Shown here: positions 19,361 through 27,713 of the stretch, in pieces
How positions within the stretch are numbered: position 1 is the stretch's first letter
Layout: each line of letters opens with the position of its first letter
NCBI GenBank assembly: GCA_005882525.1
Contig: VBGO01000075.1
Location: 1 to 50,735, forward strand
Length of the DNA: 50,735 nt
Direction of reading: 5' to 3'
Origin: Chloroflexota bacterium
GTDB lineage: Bacteria > Chloroflexota > Dormibacteria > CF-121
Translations under genes and position numbers: made by a program
The notes under the pieces: generated by a model
Databases searched by the model: none
Told to the model about the DNA's origin: nothing
What the model saw: only the letters and a program-made list of their open reading frames with translations

Positions 19361-20323
19361 CTACGAGAAATGGCAGGCGGCCCAATGGCCAGCCGCCTTC
19401 AGTTCGAGCGCTGGCTCCGCCTCTGCACAGATCGCGCGGGCCAGCGGGCAGCGGGTGTGAAAGCGGCAACCGCGGGGTGGATTGACCGGGCTCGGCACGT
19501 CCCCGCTCAGGATGACGCGCTGCCGCTTCTCTTTTGGGTTGGGCACCGGCACGGCCGACAGCAGCGCCTGAGTGTAGGGGTGCTGCGGACTGCGATACAG
19601 GTCGACGCTGTCGGCTAGCTCGACGATCTTTCCCAGGTACATGACCGCGACCCGGTCGCTGACATGCTGCACCACGCCGAGGTTGTGCGAGATGAACAGG
19701 TAGGTGAGCCCGAACTCGTCCTTGAGCTCGGCCATCAGATTCAGTACCTGCGACTGGATCGAAACGTCCAGGGCGGAGACGGGCTCATCCGCCACCACGA
19801 ATTTCGGCCGGAGGACGAGGGCCCGAGCCAGACCGATCCGCTGACGCTGGCCGCCGCTGAACTCGTGCGGGTAGCGGTTGACGTAATAGCGGCGCAGTCC
19901 GACCTTCTCCAGGATCTCCGCCACGGTGGCTTCCCGCCGGCGCCGGTCCTTCATGCCGTGGTTGCTGAGGCCCTCGCCCACGATCTCGCTGATCGGCAGC
20001 CGCGGATCGAGCGAGGCATAGGGATCCTGGAAGACGATTTGCATCTGGGCGCGGGTGGCTTTGAGCTGGCGAGGCCCCATCGCCAACAGATCGGTCCCGT
20101 CGAAGCTGATGCGGCCGCTGGTCGGCGCCAGCAGTCGGAGCAGGAGGCGGCCGGTCGTCGTCTTGCCGCAGCCGCTCTCCCCGACCAGGCCCAGGACCTC
20201 GCCTGGGTTGATGTCGAAGGAGATCCCATCGACCGCCTTGAGGGCCGCCACCTTGCGCTGGAGGATCCCGCCGCGCACCGGGAAATGCTTGACCAGGTCG
20301 CGGACTTCCACCAACGCACTCAC
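19361..20323 (-). CDS. Oligopeptide/dipeptide ABC transporter ATP-binding protein (OppF/DppF-like)
   Basis: Walker [10 protein letters not shown], signature FSGGQRQR, Walker B VVADEP. Cys-rich Opp C-terminal domain. The GTG start at 20323 overlaps the upstream stop as GTGA. Confidence 0.92.
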   Translation of the reverse strand: MSALVEVRDLVKHFPVRGGILQRKVAALKAVDGISFDINPGEVLGLVGESGCGKTTTGRLLLRLLAPTSGRISFDGTDLLAMGPRQLKATRAQMQIVFQDPYASLDPRLPISEIVGEGLSNHGMKDRRRREATVAEILEKVGLRRYYVNRYPHEFSGGQRQRIGLARALVLRPKFVVADEPVSALDVSIQSQVLNLMAELKDEFGLTYLFISHNLGVVQHVSDRVAVMYLGKIVELADSVDLYRSPQHPYTQALLSAVPVPNPKEKRQRVILSGDVPSPVNPPRGCRFHTRCPLARAICAEAEPALELKAAGHWAACHFS

Positions 20324-21294
20324 GCCCGGACCTCGGCGCGCTCGCCGTAGAGATAGCAAGCGACGTCGTGGCCCGCGCCCTGCGCCATGCGGGCCGGAAA
20401 CGCCGTCGGGCAACGGGCAAACGCCCGGGGGCAGCGTGGGGCGAACAGGCAACCGGGCGGGAGGTTGAGCGGGTGCGGGACGGTCCCGGTGATGGCCGTC
20501 AGTGGCCGGCCCTGTGCGGCCAGACTCGGGATCGAGGCCAGCAGGCCGCGGGTGTATGGATGCAGCGGGCTGTCAAAGATCTGGTCGACACTGCCATGCT
20601 CAACCACCTTGCCCGCATACATGACGGCCACCTCCTCCGCCATCTCGGCGATCACCCCCAGGTCATGGGTGATCAAGATGATGGCCATGTGATTTTTTCG
20701 CTGCAGCTCGCGCATCAGTTCCAGGATCTGCGCCTGGATCGTCACGTCGAGGGCCGTGGTCGGCTCGTCGGCGATCAGGACCCTCGGGTTGCAGGCGAGC
20801 GCGATGGCGATCATCACACGCTGTCGCATCCCCCCACTGAGCTGGTGCGGATAATCGTGTACCCGTTTCGCCGGATCGGGGATGCCCACCAGCTCGAACA
20901 TCTCGATGACCCGCGCCCGCAGCTCGCGCTCGGAGGGGTGCAGGTGCTGGCGAATCGCCTCAGCGACCTGCTTTCCGACGGTGAACACCGGGTTCAGGGA
21001 CGTCATTGGTTCCTGGAAGACCATGGAGACCGAGTTGCCCCGAATATCCCGCATCTCTTCTTCGCTAGCGGCCGTCAGGTCCCGACCCTCGAACAGGATG
21101 CGGCCTCCGACGATGTGACCGGTCCTGGGCAGCAGCCGCAGGATCGACAGGGCCGTCACAGTCTTCCCGCAACCGGACTCGCCCACCAGGCCCAGGATGC
21201 CGCCGGGCCGAAGCGTCAGATCGACGCCGTCGACCGCCTTGACCATCCCCTCGCCGGTTTTGAAATAGGTCTGGAGCCGCTCCAGGCGAAGCAC
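20320..21294 (-). CDS. Oligopeptide/dipeptide ABC transporter ATP-binding protein (OppD/DppD-like)
   Basis: Walker [10 protein letters not shown], signature LSGGMRQR, Walker B LIADEP. Cys-rich C-terminal domain. Confidence 0.92.
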   Translation of the reverse strand: MLRLERLQTYFKTGEGMVKAVDGVDLTLRPGGILGLVGESGCGKTVTALSILRLLPRTGHIVGGRILFEGRDLTAASEEEMRDIRGNSVSMVFQEPMTSLNPVFTVGKQVAEAIRQHLHPSERELRARVIEMFELVGIPDPAKRVHDYPHQLSGGMRQRVMIAIALACNPRVLIADEPTTALDVTIQAQILELMRELQRKNHMAIILITHDLGVIAEMAEEVAVMYAGKVVEHGSVDQIFDSPLHPYTRGLLASIPSLAAQGRPLTAITGTVPHPLNLPPGCLFAPRCPRAFARCPTAFPARMAQGAGHDVACYLYGERAEVRA

Positions 21295-21323
21295 ATCGCC
21301 CGGGATGGCGGCGCCAGTGGCGG

Positions 21324-22265
21324 TCAGCGCTCGAAGGACCGCGGGTCGAACGCATCCCGCAGCCCGTCTCCCACGAAATTCACGCAGAGCACGGCCAGCA
21401 GGATCATCAGGCCCGGAAACAGTGCGGCGTACGGCGCGTAGGGCGCGCTGTAGATGAAGGCATTGGCATTGAACAGCATGCCGCCCCAGGAGGCGATCGG
21501 TGGTCCCAGGCCATAACCAAGAAAGCTGAGGGCGCTCTCCAGAATGATGGCGAACCCGATGGTCAGCGTCGCCGCCACCATGATCGGACCCAGCGCATTG
21601 GGTAGGACGTGCTTGACCAGGATCTTGAGGTTGCCCGACCCGCTGGCCCGGGCGGCCTCGATGAACTCCTTCTCCCGAATCGACAGCACGACCGAGCGGA
21701 TGATCCGGGCGGTGTAGGGCCAGGAGGTGACGCCGATGGCGAAGATGATCACCCCCGGGGTATGGCCGCGCTGGCCGAAGGAGGCGATGATGAGGATCAG
21801 GACGAAGATCTGCGGGATCGCCAGGACGCTATCGGTGAACCGCATCATCGCGTTGTCGAGCCGCCGGCCGAAGTAGCCGGCCAGGGCGCCGATCAGGCCG
21901 CCGAGCACGATGGTCACCAGCATGGCGAGCACGCCAACCGCCAGCGAGACCTGGCCGCCTTCGAGGATCCGCTTGAAGAGGTCGCGACCCAGGTCATCGG
22001 TTCCCATCACATGGGTGAAGGAGGGAGCCAGGTAGCGGTTGAAGAGGTCGGGTTCGTCCCAGCGGGCGGGCAACAGCAGCGGGCCAACGTAGCAGGCCAG
22101 CCCCAGGAGCAGGATGATGCAACCGGCGACCACCGCCACCCGGTGGCGGAGCAGCCGGCGCCAGACCAGCTGGTAATAGCCGATCTCTCGGGTCAGGTCA
22201 TAGTCGGCGACCAGCTCGCCCGTGGGGGGCCGCCGCTCCGACTGTTCGAGGGTGGGATTGATCAT
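21324..22265 (-). CDS. ABC transporter permease (OppC/DppC-like)
   Basis: BPD_transp_1 permease with the EAA-type loop FIEAARASGSGNLKI. ATG 22265 overlaps the oppB-like stop as ATGA. The longer ORF-track N-terminus overlaps the upstream gene. Confidence 0.9.
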   Translation of the reverse strand: MINPTLEQSERRPPTGELVADYDLTREIGYYQLVWRRLLRHRVAVVAGCIILLLGLACYVGPLLLPARWDEPDLFNRYLAPSFTHVMGTDDLGRDLFKRILEGGQVSLAVGVLAMLVTIVLGGLIGALAGYFGRRLDNAMMRFTDSVLAIPQIFVLILIIASFGQRGHTPGVIIFAIGVTSWPYTARIIRSVVLSIREKEFIEAARASGSGNLKILVKHVLPNALGPIMVAATLTIGFAIILESALSFLGYGLGPPIASWGGMLFNANAFIYSAPYAPYAALFPGLMILLAVLCVNFVGDGLRDAFDPRSFER

Positions 22266-23257
22266 CGGTACTGGATCCGGGGATCCGCCCAACCGTAAGC
22301 CAGGTCGGCAATTAGATTCCCCAACACCACCATGACCGCCAGGATGATCATGATGCCGAGCAGCACCTGGTAGTCGCCTTTGCCCGCGGACTCCCAGAAA
22401 AGCCGCCCCATGCCGGGCCAGGTGAAGACCTGTTCGGTGATGAGCGCCCCCGCAAACAGCTGGGGGACGTCGAGACCCATCAGCGTGATCAGCGGCAGCA
22501 GCGAGTTGCGAAAGCCATGACCAACCACCACCCGAATGGGTGAGAGGCCTTTGGCGCGCGCCGTTCGGATGAAATCCTGATTCAAGACATCGAGCATGCT
22601 GCTCCGCACGAAGCGGCTGTACTGGGCAATCGACTGGACGGCGAGCACCAGGCCAGGCAGCACCAGGTGCCAGGCCAGGTTCAGCGGATCTCCCAGATTG
22701 AGGTGGGCGAGATTGCCTTCGTGACCGGAGTCCCACATGCCGTCGGTTGGAAAGATCCGGAAACCCAGGTGCTCGTAGGGCAGGACCGAGAGCAGGATGA
22801 TCAGCATCAAGCCGAACCAGAACTGCGGCAACGAGATGCCAATGAAGGCACCGGTGGTGAGCAGGTTGTCCAGCTTCGAATACTGCTTGACCGCCGCGAC
22901 GATCCCGATCGGAATGGCGATCAGCAAGGTGAAGATGTAGGAGGTTCCCATCAGCAGCGCGGTGTTCGGAAGCCGCTCTCCGATCAAGCTGACGGTGCTC
23001 TGATGGCTGAAATAGGAAAACCCGAGATCGAAGTGAAGCAGGTTACGCATGTAGGTCAGGTACTGGACGAAGAAAGGCTGGTTGAACCCGTAATAGGCGA
23101 GGAGGCGGGCGCGATCGGCGGCCGTCATCCGCGGGTTGCGCAACAACAGGTCCCACGGCTTCTCCGGTAGGAGCTGAAGAATGGCGAAGAGGACCAGGGA
23201 AATGACGAGTAGCAGTGGGATCGCCTGCAGGATGCGCCGGACCAGGTAGGTTGTCAC
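22262..23257 (-). CDS. ABC transporter permease (OppB/DppB-like)
   Basis: MTTYLVRRILQAIPLLL start typical of OppB/DppB. EAA loop FIRTARAKGLS. Confidence 0.9.
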   Translation of the reverse strand: MTTYLVRRILQAIPLLLVISLVLFAILQLLPEKPWDLLLRNPRMTAADRARLLAYYGFNQPFFVQYLTYMRNLLHFDLGFSYFSHQSTVSLIGERLPNTALLMGTSYIFTLLIAIPIGIVAAVKQYSKLDNLLTTGAFIGISLPQFWFGLMLIILLSVLPYEHLGFRIFPTDGMWDSGHEGNLAHLNLGDPLNLAWHLVLPGLVLAVQSIAQYSRFVRSSMLDVLNQDFIRTARAKGLSPIRVVVGHGFRNSLLPLITLMGLDVPQLFAGALITEQVFTWPGMGRLFWESAGKGDYQVLLGIMIILAVMVVLGNLIADLAYGWADPRIQYR

Positions 23258-23312
23258 CGGTGAGCTCCCGCCCTACCCTCGCCCCGCGATGGCGGGCAAA
23301 CGAGCGGCGTCG

Positions 23313-25112
23313 CTACTGGTTGATGTACCAGTCGGCGGTCTGGTTCATCCACCAGAATTCATTGCCCTTGTAGCCCGCCAGTTTCTTGTTGTAGGCCTCG
23401 ACGTCCACCGCCTGGTACAGCGGAATCTCGGGCACGAGATCGGCCAGCCGGCGCTGGGCCACGATGTATTTGTCCTTCCGGTCCGAGAGCTTGACCGACA
23501 GGCGCGCCTGGTCCAGGGCCTGGTCGAGTTGCGGATCACTCGAGAAGGTGGTGTTCTGCCCGACGCAACCGTTCGCGTCCGTTGGGATCTGGGAGCTGTG
23601 GTAGGCGGTGTAGGCGATCGAGTCGGGCTCAGCCGGGTAACTGTAGTTGTTCGTATACATCGCGAGATCGAAGTTGTGACTGTAGATCACACCGCCGCTG
23701 GTGCAGGAGCCGAACATCCGGCTGGCGGGTACGTTGGCGAAGGGCTTGATGATCTGGATGCCGATGCCGGCCAGGTCGGAGGCGATCACCACTTCCTGCT
23801 CTTCGCGCAACGGCAGCGTGGTGGTGATCAAGTGGAGCTGAACGCAACGGCCCTGCGGGTCCGTGCGGAACCCCTTGCACGGCCCCGAATCCTGGAGCTT
23901 GTAACCCGCGTTGTTCAACAGGTCGCTGGCCGCCTTCGGGTCGTACTGCGAGTGTTTGGCATTCGGATCGAGGCACCAGGCGCCGGTCTGGATGCACATC
24001 CAGGCATCGGGAGGGACCACCGTCCGGCCGAGCAGCAACGTATCGACGATCTTCTGCCGGTCGATCGCCATCAGGATCGCCTTTCGAAGCGTCACATCCT
24101 TGAGGAACGTGTTGTGCAGATTGATGTCAAGGTGCTCAGTCGCGCTGTCCAGGATGGTGACCGTGGTCACGTCGCTAAGGCGCGACAATGGCGGCAGCAG
24201 TGAGGGCCGCAGGTCCAGCCCCATGTCGATGGTATTGGTGCGCAATTCGTTCAGCTCGGTGTTCGCGTCGGCGTCGAACTTGACGCGGATTTCGTTGAGA
24301 TAGGGACGATTACCGCCGCCCCACCAGTGAGGATTCCGAACCAGCGTGAGATGATCGCCGGTCACCCACTCCTTGAACACGAACGGGCCGGTACCGACCA
24401 TGACCTTGTCGAGCGTGTCGGACCCGTTGTAGCCCCCGGGAATGTTGACCGTCACCTTGTCATGGGTGATGTCGCCGGTCTTGGCCCAGACCTGCTGGAG
24501 CAGGTGGTCGGGAAGGATGCCGTAGGGCCCGGTTCCCAGGGTGAGATAGGCCGCGTAGACACTCTTGAAATGCACCGTTGCCGTGTAGTCATCCGGGGTA
24601 TCGACACTATCGGCCTGGTCCCACCCGCTGGTGGAAACCAGTGGCGTGGGATTCTTGTCACGGTACTTCAGCCACCAGAATTCGAAGGTGGCCTTGACAT
24701 CCTTGGCGGTGAAGGCGACGCCGTCGTGCCACTTGACGCTGCGCCGGAGCTTCCAGGTGACGTCCATCTTGTCGCCACTCACCTTGACGTCGCCATTCTC
24801 CAGGGTGGGGACTTCGGTTGCCAGCTCCGGGACCCAGTAGTCGGACAACTTCGGATCTCTGGGGATATCCTGGTTGGCCTTAACAGTGAGCAGCCCTTCC
24901 ATCGCCGGGTTGATGTAGGCGCAGGCGTGCGAGGCGGCGGCCGTGATGTTGCAGGCCAGCAAGCTGTCCTGCTCCTGCCAGGAGGCCACCGTCACCTTCC
25001 CGCCCGCCTTCACCGATGAATTGGCGTTGTTACCGGTTGGCGTGCAGGCCACCAGCAGCACGGTGGCCGTCACCGCGTACAGCCTCCACCGGCGCGGGCT
25101 GGTCCCTGTCAT
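23313..25112 (-). CDS. ABC transporter substrate-binding lipoprotein, family 5 (peptide/nickel type)
   Basis: Lipobox LLVAC after a charged n-region (MTGTSPRRWRLYAV...). SBP_bac_5-like length and pattern. GGAGG Shine-Dalgarno sequence 4 nt upstream of ATG 25112. Confidence 0.88.
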   Translation of the reverse strand: MTGTSPRRWRLYAVTATVLLVACTPTGNNANSSVKAGGKVTVASWQEQDSLLACNITAAASHACAYINPAMEGLLTVKANQDIPRDPKLSDYWVPELATEVPTLENGDVKVSGDKMDVTWKLRRSVKWHDGVAFTAKDVKATFEFWWLKYRDKNPTPLVSTSGWDQADSVDTPDDYTATVHFKSVYAAYLTLGTGPYGILPDHLLQQVWAKTGDITHDKVTVNIPGGYNGSDTLDKVMVGTGPFVFKEWVTGDHLTLVRNPHWWGGGNRPYLNEIRVKFDADANTELNELRTNTIDMGLDLRPSLLPPLSRLSDVTTVTILDSATEHLDINLHNTFLKDVTLRKAILMAIDRQKIVDTLLLGRTVVPPDAWMCIQTGAWCLDPNAKHSQYDPKAASDLLNNAGYKLQDSGPCKGFRTDPQGRCVQLHLITTTLPLREEQEVVIASDLAGIGIQIIKPFANVPASRMFGSCTSGGVIYSHNFDLAMYTNNYSYPAEPDSIAYTAYHSSQIPTDANGCVGQNTTFSSDPQLDQALDQARLSVKLSDRKDKYIVAQRRLADLVPEIPLYQAVDVEAYNKKLAGYKGNEFWWMNQTADWYINQ

Positions 25113-25197
25113 ACGACCTCCTTGGGTGTTCACGGTCCGCGCGCGCGGAGTGAGAGGCGAGCGCCCGCACCATCTGCCAGCGCTGATATCGGGCAGC

Positions 25198-25227
25198 ATT
25201 CTACGGGCGGTCTCCCAAAAGGGTCAA
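25198..25227 (-). promoter_or_regulatory. Candidate sigma-70-type promoter (TTGACC-N18-TAGAAT) between the two SBP genes
   Basis: On the minus strand, TTGACC (25227-25222) and TAGAAT (25203-25198) are separated by 18 nt. They lie about 85 nt upstream of ATG 25112. Confidence 0.45.
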
Positions 25228-25267
25228 CGAAACATCCCCTTTTCTAAGGTTGTCTAACAACACCGCT

Positions 25268-26974
25268 TCAGTCGACCCACCAGTCCGCCGCGTTCCAGAG
25301 GGTGGTATCCGGCGCTGGGTTGGGGGCCAGGTTGTGCAGGTGGGGGCTGGCGAGCACCACGAGCCCGCGCTCGAAGAGCGGTAGCTCGAAGCCCAGCCGG
25401 GCGTAGGCGCGCTCGAAGGCGGCGTAGGACCGCGCCCGCTCGACCGTCACCAGCGACGCGCGGCCTCGGTCCAGGTTGCGATCGAGGTCGGCGTTGTTGA
25501 AGCGGCCGAAGTTGGAGCCCCGCCCCTGATTCTGGTCGGTCGGAATCTGCGATGAGTACTCGAGGGGATAGATGCCATCCGGGTCCGGGCCGATGCTCCA
25601 GGTCCATAATCCGGCCTCGAACTGACCGCGCTCCAGCAGGCCGCCCTGGGCGTAGCCGGTGAACAGCTCGCTGGGGTGCGCATCGGTCGCGCTCACCTCG
25701 GCGCCGAGTTTCCGCCACTCGACAACGAGCTGATCACGGACGGCCGTGCGAAGCGGGTTGCCCAGCGCCGTCACGAGCTGGAAGCCCAATCGCCGCCCAT
25801 TCTTGCTGCGGACCCCATCCGACCCCATCCTCCAGCCATCGCTGTCGAGCAGTTTGCCGGCGGCCCCCAGGTCGTAGTCGAGCGAAACATCGGGATCGTG
25901 ATAGGACGTAAGCGCGCTCGGGATCGGTGACTCGGCGAGCTGCGCCAGGCCGCGGAAGAATTTCTTGATCATGCCCGGCCGGTCGATCGCCATGCGCAGC
26001 GCCTGCAGCAGCGCGGGATCGTTTTTCCAGGGCGGCGGCTGGCCGGTTAGCGGGTTGGGGCTGGCCTGGTTGAACGTCACCTGCTCATACGCCAGTTGCG
26101 ACCGTCGGTGCAGCGTCAGGGGCCCAGTCCTGGTGAGGGTGGCGAGTTGATCATCCGGGAGCTCCAGGGCCAGCCCGACTTGACCGGCGCGGGCGGCATC
26201 CAGGAGCTGACCGGGCTCGGGATACAGCTTGTAAACGATGCTGTCGAGGTGCGGCCGGCGACCCGCCCGCCCCTGTGACCAGGCATCGTTGCGCAGCAGC
26301 GTGACGTGATCGTCTGGAACGAGTTCCGAAATCTTGAAGGGACCACTCACAACATCCGGTCGTGCCCAGAAGGCGTCACCGGCCAGCTGCTCGGGGGCGA
26401 TGCCGGCGAGCCGGTGCTGCGGCAGCACCGCGGGAAACAGGTTCAGATACTTGGGGTAGACGCGGTCGAAATGCAGCGTGAAGCGCTGCGGGTCGTGGAC
26501 ATCCAGCCGGGAGATCGCCGCGTAGCCGTCAGGCGAGAGGACGCCCGGCACGCGGGGGTTGACGATCAGCCGCCAGGTGAACGCGACATCCTCGACCGTC
26601 AGTGGCTGGCCGTCCGACCAGCGCAATCCGGGCCGCAGCCGGTACGTGACGTCCATCGTGCCGGCGCCGCGGTTCCAGGTCACGTCGCCGTTCTGCAGCG
26701 TGGGCACACGCTCCACCAGATCAGGAACCGGTTGCAGATTCGCATCCAATCGGAGCAGGCCGGCATAGAGCAGCGCGTCCACCTGGGCGGCCGGGACTTC
26801 CTCGTTGAAGAGCGGGGAGAAGTTCGTCGGGCTCTCCCAGTCGCCCACGACCAGGGTGCCGCCTTCGTGGCGGGCGGGCTCGGGCCGGTACTGCGACGGC
26901 TGCGGGCTGGCCGTGCCCAGCGAGATGCCGTGCACCGACGGCAGCGAGCTGCAGCCTCCCACCAGGGGCAGCAC
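25268..26974 (-). CDS. ABC transporter substrate-binding lipoprotein, family 5 (second paralogue)
   Basis: SBP_bac_5-like. Lipobox LVGGC. The first canonical start (GTG 26974) leaves only 7 residues before the lipobox Cys, so the start is problematic (see findings). Confidence 0.85.
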   Translation of the reverse strand: MLPLVGGCSSLPSVHGISLGTASPQPSQYRPEPARHEGGTLVVGDWESPTNFSPLFNEEVPAAQVDALLYAGLLRLDANLQPVPDLVERVPTLQNGDVTWNRGAGTMDVTYRLRPGLRWSDGQPLTVEDVAFTWRLIVNPRVPGVLSPDGYAAISRLDVHDPQRFTLHFDRVYPKYLNLFPAVLPQHRLAGIAPEQLAGDAFWARPDVVSGPFKISELVPDDHVTLLRNDAWSQGRAGRRPHLDSIVYKLYPEPGQLLDAARAGQVGLALELPDDQLATLTRTGPLTLHRRSQLAYEQVTFNQASPNPLTGQPPPWKNDPALLQALRMAIDRPGMIKKFFRGLAQLAESPIPSALTSYHDPDVSLDYDLGAAGKLLDSDGWRMGSDGVRSKNGRRLGFQLVTALGNPLRTAVRDQLVVEWRKLGAEVSATDAHPSELFTGYAQGGLLERGQFEAGLWTWSIGPDPDGIYPLEYSSQIPTDQNQGRGSNFGRFNNADLDRNLDRGRASLVTVERARSYAAFERAYARLGFELPLFERGLVVLASPHLHNLAPNPAPDTTLWNAADWWVD

Positions 26975-26996
26975 GGCCAGGGCAACGAGCGCGGCT

Positions 26997-27578
26997 CTAG
27001 ATGTTATCGAGGATCTTGCGGCGCTTTCGTTGGAATTCGCTCTCGGTGATGGCTCCGCGCTTGCGAAGCTTGTCCAGCTGACCCATGTCGGAGATCAGGT
27101 CCACGAGAGGCGACGAAAGTCGCTTGCTCAGATGCCGGTCTTCCTCACCGTCGAACTCCGGCGGCCTGGTGTCCCAGGTCTTCAGGTAAAAGAGCGCCTT
27201 GAGAGCGGTATAGGGGATGCCCAGCGTTTCGATCCGATCCTTCTCCACCGTCATCAGGCGCATGGTGACGCCATGGCTGGCGTGTTGGAGCTCGCCGTCG
27301 AGGTAGCCCAGCAGCACCTCACCATCCTGGAAGCGGATCGCGACTTTCCGCTCGGCGCGCGCCTGCTCTTGGGGAGTCGGCGCTCCCGCGCTGAGCGTAA
27401 TCCGCTTGATCGAGGGCAAGGGGATGAGGGCACGCTCGTTGTTGCTGGCCTGATCGGACATCTCCATCTCGATGTTCGGCCGGTCCAGGCTGATTGCCCC
27501 GACGCGGCCCTCCATGATCTCGTCGTCAAGAAATCGGATGGTGACGGTGGTGGCTTTTCCAGCCCCCGGACTGCCCAT
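26997..27578 (-). CDS. SHOCT-domain protein with a duplicated N-terminal beta-rich module
   Basis: C-terminal SHOCT signature (LDKLRKRGAITESEFQRKRRKIL). Two about 55-aa repeats start VTIRFLDDEIMEG and VAIRFQDGEVLLG. GAGGG Shine-Dalgarno sequence 6 nt upstream of the ATG. Confidence 0.8.
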   Translation of the reverse strand: MGSPGAGKATTVTIRFLDDEIMEGRVGAISLDRPNIEMEMSDQASNNERALIPLPSIKRITLSAGAPTPQEQARAERKVAIRFQDGEVLLGYLDGELQHASHGVTMRLMTVEKDRIETLGIPYTALKALFYLKTWDTRPPEFDGEEDRHLSKRLSSPLVDLISDMGQLDKLRKRGAITESEFQRKRRKILDNI

Positions 27579-27609
27579 TTGTGGCCCTCATGATGTGGAC
27601 GTCAGCGGC

Positions 27610-27615
27610 ATTATA
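27610..27615 (-). promoter_or_regulatory. Candidate -10 box (TATAAT on the minus strand) for the SHOCT gene
   Basis: Perfect TATAAT 31 nt upstream of ATG 27578. It sits inside the palindromic core TTATAA in the divergent intergenic region. No good -35 element. Confidence 0.35.
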
Positions 27616-27713
27616 ACGAGCCGGTCGCGGAACTCCTGCGAAAAGATCGCGGCCGTGTGACAAAGTTGGAAATTGCGTCGGAGAGTCGTGCAACGAGCGC
27701 AAGAACGGGTGCT

